A DNA stretch of 52,664 nt, the filler included, from Squatina squatina (lineage: Eukaryota), in NCBI GenBank assembly GCA_031763465.1. It is 3 parts of 3 records of this genome, joined end to end, with 100 filler letters (N's around TTAATTAATTAA, not from the genome) between each part and the next. Parts side by side here need not be neighbours in the genome. Positions count along the whole stretch, not along the records: positions 1 to 24,222 come from JARFOE010000203.1; positions 24,323 to 38,046 come from JARFOE010000046.1; 1 more part is not named here. One strand, 5' to 3'. The position numbers and the translations under genes were made by a program. Below the pieces are notes generated by a model. The model was not told where the DNA came from. It ran no database searches and saw nothing but the letters and a program-made list of their open reading frames with translations. Below are positions 23,829 through 36,624 of this stretch, one piece after another (the first letter of the stretch is position 1; each line of letters starts with the position of its first letter).

Positions 23829-24222
23829 GTAAGTATGATGCAATGTGCCAAATTGAGAATGTGACAGTTTTTGTGGTTAAAGTTATTTATAGAGTCATTT
23901 TATTTTTTAATTTGTGGAAATGTTAGTTTTCTTCTCCGACCAGTTTAAGCAGCTTTTCATATATGGAGAATGGAAGAACTTGTGTTGATGTTGCATGCCA
24001 ATAAAAATTGACACATGCTAATACCACTCCACCTGGAGAGACACTGACACGACAGGAAGGCTGCTGCCACTCACTCATATCTTCAACTGTTAAGTGCTTT
24101 AGGCTGTAGCCATCACTCGACACTTTTGATCTGCTTTCATCAAGTGTTTCAATTAAAAAGATCGGCTATAAGAATGTAGTTAAATTCAACAGGATCCTGA
24201 TAGACATTTTTTACCAGATTCT

Positions 24223-24322
24223 NNNNNNNNNNNNNNNNNNNNNNNNNNNNNNNNNNNNNNNNNNNNTTAATTAATTAANNNNNNNNNNNNNNNNNNNNNN
24301 NNNNNNNNNNNNNNNNNNNNNN
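24223..24322. other. Assembly join: 44 N + TTAATTAATTAA + 44 N
   Basis: Synthetic six-frame-stop linker inside a 100-nt gap; gene content changes across it. Confidence 0.9.
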
Positions 24323-26129
24323 CGATATATTTTTTAGCGAAAGTGTTAAGTGTTTTATTGTATGAAAAGAAGTCATTAGGTGTCAAACTGTAAAATAGAT
24401 TGCTGTAGTTTGACTTTAAAATCAGTACTGGTACCGCAGTTCCCAACCCTGCTGTTTCACAAGCTGTTGTTTTGCTACGTACAGTATTTGTTTAGTGATG
24501 TCTAACTACTTGAGCTTTCAGATCGTATCTATAATGGTAAACACAAAGCAGCACCGTTATAGAAGAGCGAACAGCAGTGTCATGACTGCAGACATTAGTG
24601 AAGGAAATTGACATCAACCCAAGCACGATACCTCAGTACTTAATTTTGACTCTGGTACAAATCGTTCTCCATACATAATGCCGAGACAAGTACTAAAATG
24701 TGCTGTTTTTACTCTGGTCTCACTGGAATGCCTTGTTGCATGTTCAAAATGGATATCATGTACCATATTTATATGCATATGGGTTCACTTTGAAAAACGA
24801 TGAATCTTTATTGGTTAGTAACTGTTGTTTGCAAAGGTCCTCTTCAAGTTACTGTGAAATCACTACGCAGAACATTAAAGTTTACATGTGCAGATTGAGT
24901 CTGCTCAATCTGTAGTATAACAAAGTGTTAATTATATGCTATGGCTACAGTTCGCTGAAACAGTTTAATGCACAATATCCAGAAGGAAGTAAAATGTCAG
25001 TAGGAATAGGATCATGGTGGGGGGGGGGGGATTTTTCAGGGGTCAGCGGATGCATTTGGTGGCAGGTCAGGTCGGAAGTTTTGTTTTGGGACTCATCTGT
25101 CAACCCACCTCCACTCACCTTTCCCAGATGTCGGGTCTGTCAGCACTGAACAGACCCGACATGCAGTGGCAGGGAGGCATTTTAGGTCATTATGACCTTG
25201 TTAACAGCCCTCAAACAGTATTTTGAGCTCACCTTACCATTTTGCCAGGTCGCCCACGGGGTCCACGCTGCTTGGGGATCACGTCAGGTAAGGAGGTCAG
25301 GAGTTGAATCAGCATAGGCTCATCTCATTACTTGACAGCTGCAAATGTGCTATAAAAGCTCCCATCTGAGAGCTGTTCTCTTTCTAAGCTCAGAAGCTGT
25401 TGCTTACTGCTTTTGGAAGACAGATTCAGCTTTATGCAGGTTGCAAGTGTTTGGAGCAAACTCTCTATCCAGTGTCACCTCATTGGAACAACCTCTCTCA
25501 CCATNNNNNNNNNNNNNNNNNNNNNNNNNNNNNNNNNNNNNNNNNNNNNNNNNNNNNNNNNNNNNNNNNNNNNNNNNNNNNNNNNNNNNNNNNNNNNNNN
25601 NNNNCCTGTATGGCCCTGTTACACATTGGATTAGGACTATCATATCTCTCTCTCTCTGTGTCAATAAAATAACTGATGTTATTCTCTCTAGCATGGAAGT
25701 TTTCATACTTCACCCTTTCCCTTCCGTCAGATCTGGCACTGTATCCTAATTTAATTGTGCCTGCTGTTGTGCTATCTCTTGTAAAAATTATTTTCATCAT
25801 ACCTGCTGTCTTGGTCAGTCTGAAGCATTCTGAGCCAACTTTATCTGCGATTGGAAATCCACTATTGGAGCCACAAAATGCAATGCTATTGAAAAGATGC
25901 ATTAACTGCTTCTTCCTGCCCTTCCCAAAGGACTAGATGCACAAAGCTGGGAATTACAGGTAGGTTAGTTTAATATTAATAGTAAGAAAAATGCACGTGC
26001 CTATTATAAAGTAATGCATGATCATCTATCAAGACTGAATGTAATAAACCAAAGATGACACGTGTTTACAACAGGAAGTGGTTATCACCGTTGTTAGAAT
26101 TTTCTGAGAATATGTTTGTAGCAAAGATT

Positions 26130-26570
26130 GCAGTAGAAATTACACAGCTTGACTTCCAGACAAAATTGTATGCAAAAAGCTAAAGTAAAGGGACAAGGAA
26201 TCAAAAGAGAAGTCATAACATGGATAGAGCGTTTGCTTGGCAATAGAATACAGTGGGTAATTATAAACAGTAATTGTTTACATTGAGGAACAGTATTTAA
26301 TGGAGTCCCAAAGGGATGAGTCTATAATCACAGTGTATTCATTAATGAACTTAACAGTATAAAAAGTAAATTTGCAGAAGATATTAATTTACGTGGAAAG
26401 GATAGGTATATCAAGGACTAGATATCAATTGAATGAGTTAACATAGGCTTAATACATGAATGCATAAGTATCAAGTTACATTCTGTGCTGGCAAACATGA
26501 GACAATACACATAAGTGCTGAAAAAGTATTTGCCATCACACACTGAGGGGCACGACTATGCAGAATATGA
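26130..26570 (+). mobile_element. Highly decayed CR1 RT fragment
   Basis: Remnants such as tggatagag...cttggcaatagaatacagtgggta, ggagtcccaaagggat and aaatttgcagaagat (KFAED for KFADD). Confidence 0.6.
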
Positions 26571-26619
26571 AGTGACAAAAATAACTAGCATAATTAATAT
26601 TCTTTAAGTTAGAGGAAGT

Positions 26620-27238
26620 AAAGGGAGTAATTTAAGGGTAAGTCATGGCAGGACAGCTCAGCCATGTAGAGTGTTCCTCTTGTGCGATGTGGGGAGTCAG
26701 GGACACAACGAGTGTCCAGGTCGAACAGGTGTGCAGGAAGTGTCTTCAGCTGCAGCTGCTGGAAATCCGCGTTTCGGATCTGGAGCTGCGGCTGGGGACG
26801 CTGTGGAGCATCCGCGAAGCTGAGATCATCGTGGATAGCACATATAATGAGGTGGTCACACCACAGGTAAAGACTGCACAGGCAGAAAGTGAATGGGTGA
26901 CCACCGGGCAGAGTAAAAGAACTAGGTAGGTAGTACAGGAGTCTCCTGGGTCCATCTCCCTCTCAAACAGATTTTCCATTTTGGATACTGTTGGGGGAGA
27001 TGGCTTCCCAGGGGAATGAAGCAAGACCCAAGTCCGTGGCACCACGGGTGGCACAGCTGCACAGGAGGGGAGGAAAAAGAGTAGGAGAGCTATAGTGATA
27101 GGTGATTCTATCGTAAGAGGAACAGATAGGTGTTTCTGCGGCCACAGACAGGATGGCAGTTGAGGCCAAATCATTAAATATATTCAAGGAGTAAGATATA
27201 GTTCTTATGGCTAAAGAGATGAAGGGATATGGGGAGAA
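26620..27238 (+). mobile_element. CR1 ORF1 (zinc finger, leucine zipper, start of SGNH esterase) joined directly to a CR1 3' end
   Basis: CSSCAMW...CRKCLQLQLLEIRVSDLELRL...AIVIGDSIVRGTDR, then ggcagttgaggcc...aagggatatggggag. Confidence 0.85.
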
Positions 27239-27338
27239 NNNNNNNNNNNNNNNNNNNNNNNNNNNNNNNNNNNNNNNNNNNNNNNNNNNNNNNNNNNNNN
27301 NNNNNNNNNNNNNNNNNNNNNNNNNNNNNNNNNNNNNN

Positions 27339-27597
27339 AGTCACATATAGGCCAGACCGGGTAAGGACGGCAGATTCCCTTCCCTAAAGGGCATTAGTGA
27401 ACCAGATGGGTTTTTACGACAATCTGGTAGTTTCATGGCCACCATTATTGATACTATCTTTTTATTCCAGATTTATTTCATTAATTAACTGAATTTCAAT
27501 TCTCCAGCTGCCATGTTGGAATTTGAGCACATGTCTCTGGATCATTAGTCCAGGCCTCTGAATTACTCGTCCAGTAACAGAATGACTATGCTACCGG
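27339..27597 (-). mobile_element. tRNA-derived SINE, 5' part
   Basis: Minus strand begins ggtagcatagtc...ctggac...gaggcctggactaatgatccagagacatgtgctcaaattcc (A/B-box-like). Confidence 0.6.
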
Positions 27598-27639
27598 ATC
27601 CCTAAATTTGATTCCCTGTTAAAGGCAGTATTTACGGCA

Positions 27640-27910
27640 CGACGATTGGCTTTAATGTCCTGGGGTTAGGGAGGGGGGAAAACAAGCTGCGATTCCCACA
27701 GCTGATCACTGTCCATGTGTGAATGGGCACATATGTGGATATCAGTGAGGGCAGGATTGTACTTGGCTGTCATGCCACCTCATCGATCAAATAGCCTGCC
27801 AACACCCATTGTCAAGGCTCACAAGTGAATATTAATGTACTTGAGTGAAGTAACTGTATCCAGCCCCAGCCACAAGTCAAACCCTTCAGGAGAGGAGAAA
27901 ATTGGTAAGG
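27640..27910 (+). mobile_element. Old SINE-like repeat, 3' part
   Basis: Similar to 6830-7103; ends ttcaggagaggagaaaattgg. Confidence 0.5.
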
Positions 27911-29064
27911 AGAGATGAAAAAAAATCTTATTATAAGCCTAATTCTTAAGTGGTAATTGAGATCATATTTCACTGCTGCCGACACCATATCCTGTCACTT
28001 TAATACTCCTCATTACGTTGTGTCTCTCCTCTCTTCCTGTAGTTGAGTGGTCATATTGGAAGTCCCTTACTATAAATTGTATAAATTTTTGTCCTTGCTT
28101 TGCTACAAATGATTAGTTTCATCAATGTCATAAATCTGTTCAGAAAATTTAGGTCTTTAATTCAACATAAATGCCAAAACGTTTGAGTCCCTGCACGTGA
28201 TTTTTGGAAATTTAGTGATCAATTCAGTCCACTAGCTCTAAGTGATTATACTGCTGTAAAGAATCTGAGCAGTCCTATGCATCTTCAGCTGTAGAGATAG
28301 TCTGCGACCTCCTCGCCTTTGTAAAGTGCTCCGACTAGCTCTGTGATGAGTACTATACAAATGTTAATTGTTGAGGGAAGTCTTGTGGTGAATTGAATCA
28401 TTACTAATGAATCATTGAAATAGGATTTTTATTTCAATTCTTGAAAGCCCAAAAATGTTCCAAACACCATTTCAATGTATTCTGCCTGTTAACTTTCCTT
28501 TTTAAAACTTGTACCTCATTTTATGAATTTGCATCTTGCTTTGAAATATTAAAATAATTGAAACTAATATGAAGAATTTTCAGATAAGGGCATTAATGTA
28601 ATTCCTTACATTATTCTTTTATGAATATGATGGAACAATTCTTTAATAAGGATTTGAAATTTAGAGAAACAGTCACTCATAGCCTTCCATTTGGGGAGCT
28701 GAATTTTACCTTAAAAAATCTGGTTGTGCTTGCTTACTATTGCAGAACTCTGCATTCAGCATCTAGTCTCTCTGGACCCTCAGCAAAAGCTTCAAAGTGT
28801 GAAAACTGCTACAACACTTCCTAACAGGAACCATCTCCCCAAATAAATCACAACAGAATTGAGGGGCGATTGCATATAGCTTCTCAATTAAGGAGTGGGA
28901 CCTTGATTATTGTGTTGGGAGAGAGCAGACTGCTGGTGTAATGTTCTACTGAATGCTGCTGTATTTTAAGGACAACTTCTAGTGGCTGTTAATTATTTGT
29001 GGGGTAGTACAATTCACTTTGCCTTTCTCCATGACTAATGCTGAGAATTATTTTATTGATGCAG

Positions 29065-29129
29065 GGAAAATCCAGAGAAGGCATTTGAAGTGTATGTTGA
29101 AGTAACGCATCCTGAGTCCGGCGGTTCAG
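29065..29129 (+). CDS. DENND1A: DENND1A (connecdenn-1) coding exon 2
   Basis: atgcag|G GAA AAT CCA...TCA G|gtacag gives ENPEKAFEVYVEVTHPESGGS; resembles DENND1A QNPETTFEVYVEVAYP as recalled; 65 nt, phase 2-1 as expected for DENND1 exon 2. Confidence 0.8.
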
Positions 29130-30172
29130 GTACAGTGTTCAACTTTGTGACTATTCAGTGGCATTTTATTTGAAAGTGGTACTGTATATTGAAAAAGCAG
29201 TTGAGGCTACACCCCTCCCTAAGTGGCTGAAGGTTTGAAACTTGGCAGAGGTTGAGGTGAATTTGCAACTTTTTAGGTCTAAAGTTTTGTCAGATGTCAA
29301 CTGNNNNNNNNNNGTCAACTGCATAATTGAGAGACCCAATATTTTTTAAAAAAAAAACCTGAGGCTGATGCTCAGTCCCCCTCCAGCTATCTAGCAGGTT
29401 TTTCTTATGTTCAGTGTTGGAGCAATTTCAGCAGGGGTCATCGTCGTCCCTGTGAACCATTCATATTTATTGTACACCTGCTGTTTCAGCTGAAATGATG
29501 CTGTTGTTAATACTTGGACACCTGAAATGACCTTGTTATCTGAGCATGAAATCTGAATGGTTTCTACAGTCCTGAAGGACATGTTAATAGAAGAAGTGTT
29601 GCGATGCAAGTGGTATAAGGTTCTGGTATATATTGCACATATATTTTCTTGGTAATTAACTGCAGATTATTTCCAATAAATCTGCAGTAATGAGATTCCA
29701 ATCATTAATCCTGTTGTGTGAATGTCAGAGAGTACGCTGGCAGTTTGGGTCTGCAACGACTGCCATGTAAAAATGAACTGAAAAAAATAACAAGTTCCCT
29801 GTCATATACTGAATATTATAAATATTACTAAATATCAAGGGTGATTAAAAGAGCAGTGCAATGTGACATAACCTTGGTGTTTCTGTTGATGGCTGTAAGC
29901 CACTTAGGTTTTAGACTGCACTTTTACTATACTACCAATCTGAGACTGGTATGAGAGTTCAAAGCGCACACAGCAAGACCCGAGTTATACCGTGGGCTGT
30001 ACCCTCCACCCTGCTGACGGAGAGGTTTGTGCAAGTATGCTTATACACTTATGGAAATCTGTGCTGTTCTGGCAGCTATTTTTTAATGTTAGAAGAAAGC
30101 AGGTGGCAGCTGCTGCTTTCTCGTCACATTGAAATGATTCAATGCGAAGTTTCTAATGGAGATCTAAAGAAG

Positions 30173-30238
30173 AAAGATTTGCATTTATATAGCGCCTTTT
30201 ACGACCTCGGGACGTTCCAAAGCACTTTACAGCCAGTG
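30173..30238 (-). mobile_element. SacSINE1-like 3' tail
   Basis: Reverse complement of ctggctgtaaagtgctttgg...aaggcgctatataaatgcaa, matching the tail at 16272-16330. Confidence 0.75.
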
Positions 30239-31702
30239 NNNNNNNNNNNNNNNNNNNNNNNNNNNNNNNNNNNNNNNNNNNNNNNNNNNNNNNNNNNNNN
30301 NNNNNNNNNNNNNNNNNNNNNNNNNNNNNNNNNNNNNNTGCACAGAACAGCTGATTCCTTTTCTGCAATAAGTCACTTTTCTCCAAAGTGATTCATTGTA
30401 TTCAAAGTACTTTTGAGACTTTTCTGAGAAGACTACATAAACGTATGCTGCCTGTTTTTCCATTGTCCACATCAACCTATGAATAGTAGACCAAATCATA
30501 TTACTTCTAAAACACTATCACTTGTCTTACAACATTGAAAATCAAATATTGACTGAAATTTTGCAACATTTTAACAGTAGTTAACAAGTTATTTTAGAGA
30601 CTATTGCAGATTTTTTTTGGTGTGTTTGTAATATTTCTGCTCTCTTTCCCCTCCCAAAGCCAAATACATGCGTTGATCAGTATGGTTGAAGAACTGAAAT
30701 GTGCAATTTGTGCAACTTGCAATAAAGGAAATATATTGCCATTCACATACTGCTTCATTCTTTTGTTCAAGTTGTTGCTAAATAACACATTCATTTAAAA
30801 AAAAAACTATCTAAACTGAGAGAGTTCAAAAGGTTGATCCTCACTGGAGGATATATGTCAATTTTATTTGAACCATGCTATTCAGTGTAACATTAAATGA
30901 AAGATACGTTCAGATTTCTAGTGAATTTGTTAAACTTGGCCTTCTCATTGTTTTCTCATGACTGTTCAGGATTATTTTCAAATCATTCGCTGAAATATTT
31001 GAAAGGATTGTTGACCAAATCTCATAATTGTAATAATGAACAGTCATATGTGTTGCAATATAATAATGTTCCTCTTGGTCATATTAGTGTACACTGTTAG
31101 TTGTTACTGTGCAATGGTCTATGCAATTTTTGGTTCGTTGTTTTCATAGCCTCCAGGGACAAGGTGAAAACTAACCCTGCCATACATTATTAGCCAATAA
31201 TACATGTTTTCCCTTATAATAAGTACTGAACGGCTTTCATTTCACTATATGCTTTTGTCACATCAATTTTAACATATGCTACATTTCCTAAACTGGATAG
31301 AAATCCAAAATCAGAATACATAAAATACTTCATCTAGTATTGTTTACATAAACCTAAATTTAAAAAAAAACTTGTGTCTGCAATAAATTGCCAAGTGATT
31401 TTTTTTTTGTAGGTGTTCTGTTAATGCATAATTAGAATCACCATATTTTGGAACGTTGTAAAACACAAATCATAAGGAGATTTTGGTGGCTTATATAATC
31501 AAAACTTTGAGATTGTGTAAAAGTTTACCAAATATATATTCGATTTGTTCATTTGTGATTAGTTACTAGGGTTATGGAGACCACTGTGCTTTCAAACAAT
31601 AGCAGATTTTGTATCAATTGTTAGAGGGTATAACAGGGGATAATGGTTTTGTGATGCAAGTCAGTGGTGTATGATATGGAAAATAAAGCAACAATGATAA
31701 CA

Positions 31703-31835
31703 GCTTGCATTTATATAGCACCTTTTAACATAGTAAAGCGTCCCAAAGTGCTTCACAAAAATGTAATCATTAGAAGAATTGAGAGTCAAAGGAGGAGCTA
31801 TTAGGACAGGTGACTAAAAACTAGGTCAAAGAAGT
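31703..31835 (-). mobile_element. L2 LINE 3' end
   Basis: Reverse complement resembles 37350-37474 (gtgaagcactttgggacgctttactatgtt). Confidence 0.65.
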
Positions 31836-31852
31836 ATTACATAGAAATACAT

Positions 31853-32570
31853 GGGGCTAGAAATTTGGGTCATTTGTGTCTCCCGTTAGCGCCCCCAACA
31901 CTTTTCGCCTGGGTGCAACACCGCTAATGAGTCCCGCTAAATCTGGTGGGAGTTTAGTGGCAGAGGTAACCCATAACGCTCTACTTCGCTGCACCGGCAA
32001 TGATGACGTCATCACCGTGCGCAGCGCCTCGGACCCTAAATTGGATATCACCCCCTGAAGCTGCTGTGGGTGATGCCAGCGATAGCTTCAGGGGACATGA
32101 ACCAGGCAGCCAGCTGCTCGCGGGCGATAATTCAACGGGAGCTAGAGGTCATTGAAAAAAAAATCTGCTGACTTTCTTCTTCGCCCTGTTGGTGCTTCAA
32201 TTGCGGGGTCCGTGCCGCAATCGGGCAGCCCGGCACTCTGCTTGGAGGGTTGGGCTGTGGCACGGCACCCTTGGTCCAGTGAGGCCCGTTTCTTCACTGC
32301 AGAATTTGAAGCTTCTCTTTAATGAAGGGAAGAGCCGCTCTTACGCACCAGCACTACGAGGACCAGTGCACAGCGCTGCGCCCTGCTCCCGACCCGTCTG
32401 CCCCACTACTGCCTCAGAAAGGAGATGGAGCACGTGATTTTGCATTCCACTTCCTTTCAGGGCAGTAACCCAAATTTTTCAAGGAGGGCGGGGCCTCCAT
32501 GCCTGACACAAAATATTCCGTCTCCTGGATGTTACCGCCTCCAAATAGGGCACAACGGAATTTCAACCCC
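31853..32570. mobile_element. Non-autonomous Harbinger-like MITE
   Basis: Imperfect TIRs gggctagaaatt / aatttcaacccc (10 of 12); GC-rich interior; related end at 38925-38980. Confidence 0.7.
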
Positions 32571-34940
32571 AATAATTAAGAAGATGCAGGCTTTTTTCTA
32601 GCCTGGCACTAATATTATTTCTAGGGACCTATAGAAACATAGAAGATAGGAGCAGGNNNNNNNNNNNNNNNNNNNNNNNNNNNNNNNNNNNNNNNNNNNN
32701 NNNNNNNNNNNNNNNNNNNNNNNNNNNNNNNNNNNNNNNNNNNNNNNNNNNNNNNNCTGTACATGATTTAAATCTAATTTATATTTCCTAGTTTATATTT
32801 CCTGGTTTAGACTCTGCGTGTATCAGTGGGGATTCTTCAATCTGATTGGGTTGAAGAGCCGCGCTGTTTCCTGCCCAGCTCTCATATGTTACGGATGCCC
32901 TGTAGAGGGTGCCGTGCTGGATCACATGCCTAATGACAGCAAGTCTCCGCTCAAAAGCCCACAAAAACTCTATAGGCATTTATCAGTGTAGTGAGCGGTG
33001 AACACCGTTCCTTTGCCGCTGATATCTGGGCCAGTATATTTTGTAATTCATTCTACATGGCTACACCAGCTGCATTTCTTTTATTTACATTTATTCCAGA
33101 ACTCCAAATCAAACTGTAAAAAGAAAAATTTCATTCAAACAATAGAAATTGTGGAAGGATTATGCGATTATTCAATTTTGGAAGGAGATCCTAAAAAAAA
33201 AAGTCTTGAATTTAAACAAGTAGAGCCTTTTAGTAACACTAAGTATTGTTGCAGAAAAGTTTTGTAAAGAGAGAAAATAGAAAATTATTATTTTCTTATT
33301 TTTCAGCCCTTGTTATTAAAAACTCATACACTAAACGGATTTCTATAGATAAGAGCTGCTTCTCCATATTACCTGCAGAGATGTAATCTTTACGTAATTT
33401 TGGCTTGTGAGGGCAGTCAATTTAATTCCTGCAAATAAGGGAACATCTACTTTCCAGGAGATAATCAAAAAATACCTACTCCACTGCTTCTTTGATCTTT
33501 TTAAACTTCTTTCCAAATGCTTGATGTGATGATGTAAACCTCTTCTCCATTTCCCTACCTCAGCAGCAATCCCCTTCCCTCCAAACAGTATTGTAACCTG
33601 ACTCATTGTGAGCAATGCCACAGGAGATTTGTTAGTAATCATTCTTAGTAATGCTTAGTGTATTTGTTGAGTTAATTTCCTAACTTTGTTGCAACTGGGT
33701 CAGCATATGACATCAGAATCCATGGTTTACTGCCAATTAATCAATGATGTGAACTTTGCAGTGGAGTACAAAATACCTACATAAATCTTGAATATATACT
33801 GAACTAACTAGTCAGTCAGTAGAGATATGACTTGATCAATAGTATTTCAAGTAATTCGCTGCTGTGTAAAAAGGTTTGCTCACACAAACAGTTTTTAATT
33901 CAACAGACAAAAGCATTAGACCTTGGGGTTTGAAAAAAATCTGTAATGTTGTCAAGTTTAATTAATGTTCCTGGTGCTTTTTGTTTGGAAATCTTTTTAG
34001 AACAGTTTAATAACAATTGACTACTATTCAGATGATAAGTATACTGTTGACTGTTAATCACTTATTTAGAGCAGCTTGAAACCATAGTGCACAATTATTA
34101 ATCATGAATATCATTCAAATGAGACATTTAAGCCTCATTGCACTGATAAAAGAAAAGATTACATCTATAATTAGTCTGCTTTTCACAATGCTTTTATGTT
34201 TTGCTTTGGGACCTCCTGAGTTATGTGAAGTGTCTCTTAGCTTTACCTCTGCAGTGAATCGTGCTTCATATTGAGGTATGGGTGAGCCAAATTGAACTAA
34301 ATTCCTTTGCTGAGTCTCCTTATATTTTGTTTTCTTTGTTCAGCTGAATGAAATGTTTTAACATTTTATTTACAAGTTGCCTTAGTTTGCAATGTTGCAG
34401 TGGGATTAATTGTTGTAAAAGCTGAGGTCTGCCTTTATGAGGAGGGTAGGTGTTTTTCAGCAAAACAAAGAAGCTATTGTGTTTCATCTGCAATTAACAT
34501 TTGAAGAAAATACTTAAATGCTTTGGTTTACTATTGGAGTATTAAATACAACTAATCTGCTGACTGGATTTTAGTGAACTTGTACAATTTGTTGCAGAGA
34601 ATATTCTAATTAAATATTGAGACAACATTGACAATTCTTGCAGCAATTCATTATTACTGTACTATTATGCAGATTAACAGTTAAGAAAGCTATACTATTT
34701 TCACTTGGGTACTTATTGTGGGTGGGTGAGTGAAATGAAAGTGATGAGTGAGGACATTTCCCTAGTTGGCTTCGTTTAATGCCCAAAATCTCACGTAAGA
34801 GAGCTTTCGCCTTGTAAATATTGTAATACACCAATCTGAAGTACATTCTTCAGGGTCCAAAAAACAGATTGAATTTCAAATAGTTTGTCCTTATTATTGT
34901 GTTGAATGACAGAAAATGTTTGTTCACAGAAAAACAATAA

Positions 34941-35731
34941 TGGCTCAAAAATTGCGGCCGGAGGCTTCCCGCGGGCGGATGCCTCTGTCCTGAAAAATAT
35001 TTATGAAGGTGGTCCGAGAGGTTCGTAGACTTGTAGTCCTGGGCCTCTACACTATGGCCTGCATAGAGGCCCATGTATCCCATGCAAAGCACATAAGTCC
35101 CTGGGATCACGTGGGCGGACCCAACCAATCAAGGTAGGGGACTTCCATTCATACTTATGATGAGTTCCGTATGTATGGAATCACCATAAATATGAATGGG
35201 AATACCGCCAAAAACACACTTAAGCAATTTAAAAAAAAAAATGTATTTTATTTAAAATTAATCAAAGNNNNNNNNNNNNNNNNNNNNNNNNNNNNNNNNN
35301 NNNNNNNNNNNNNNNNNNNNNNNNNNNNNNNNNNNNNNNNNNNNNNNNNNNNNNNNNNNNNNNNNNNTTAAAGGGTCTAAAAATAAACTTGCCTTACTTA
35401 ACAGGATTTTAAATGTTTAAATGATTGAAAAAATTGCCTTTTTCTGTTCTTTAAAAGTCTTGCGCTGATGAGAGCAGGCCGTATGCCTGCTTTTATCAGT
35501 CGTAAGAATTTCAAGGGCATTCGCTGGGCAGGAGTTGGGCAACTAGCCGAACTCTCCGCCCGCGGAGGCACTTTATTTCCGGATGCGTGTGATCCGTCAC
35601 GTGGATTCTTGACGGATTGCAAGTTCTGGGTTTAGGCGCATGCACAGTGCATCACTAAGCCAGGAACTTGTGGGGCCCCAACAGGCGCGTGCACACCTCT
35701 TATGCACCCGTAGGGGCCGTGAATTCATGGT
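34941..35731. mobile_element. GC-rich MITE-like element spanning a gap
   Basis: aaattgcggcc ... ggccgtgaatt imperfect inverted ends. Confidence 0.5.
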
Positions 35732-36624
35732 CAATGTTGATCAACAATGTTGATCAATTCATGATCACCGAACTGTAAAATGGGGAAAAAAAAGCTCTCT
35801 TTGGAAAATAAACAAACTGAAAAATTGTACATTTAATGTTACTAAATTTGAACTTGATGCCAAGCTAAACTAAAATCTCATTGACAACAATTATGGATCT
35901 AAAACTGTAAGTTTATGATTATTATGGTTATGATTTATTGGTGTCAGTAACTGTGCTCCTTTGAATCAAAGTGTCTTGCTTGCTGTCAGTCATTGAAGTT
36001 TTTCACACTGTTGAGGCACAATCAATTGCTTTTGTGTTATCCCAAGATAACCAAATGACTTTCTCACCTATATTCACCTTGTGTTGGAAACCTCCATTAG
36101 ACTCTGAATGTGGTGCAGACTATATTCTTTGCTTTACAAAGTAAATATTTACATGGCTTTTGTTTTATTACTGCAGTTGTAAAGCTTCGTTTCTGCTTTT
36201 GTTCAAAAGTGGCTGAGTAATGTTACCAAACAAATCAGCTTTTGTGATGCAAGCATTTATTTTGCTGTATACAATTCTGCTTCATCAATTCAGACATTAT
36301 GGATTTTACAACTGTCCTGTAATATTTTCTCCTCTTGAAAATACTTTCCAGTGTGATTGCTGCAGATCTTGCTGTTGATAATTTCCAAGACACTGACTTT
36401 TGTGATGAAGAAATATTTGGAAAATCAGCATGAGAGTGTCTGGAAAATTTATTCTTTTGGAAATTAGCACTGAGAAAGTTAAAAAATTACACTTGGTCAA
36501 GACTCAGATTTACTTGGCAATGCAACAAAGGCTGGACTTCTGCTGAAGTAGAACTGTCCTTTTTAATTCTAATTTGTGTCTCCACGAAGGTTTAACGTTT
36601 AAATTTCAGGAGCTCTCATTAAAG

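Noticed and set aside
14904-29129. PTPRU-DENND1A fusion or novel synteny
   Set aside because: The two are separated by a synthetic linker gap.
29296-29321. Direct repeat gtcaactg flanking a 10-N gap
   Set aside because: Typical contig-overlap artefact, not a target-site duplication.
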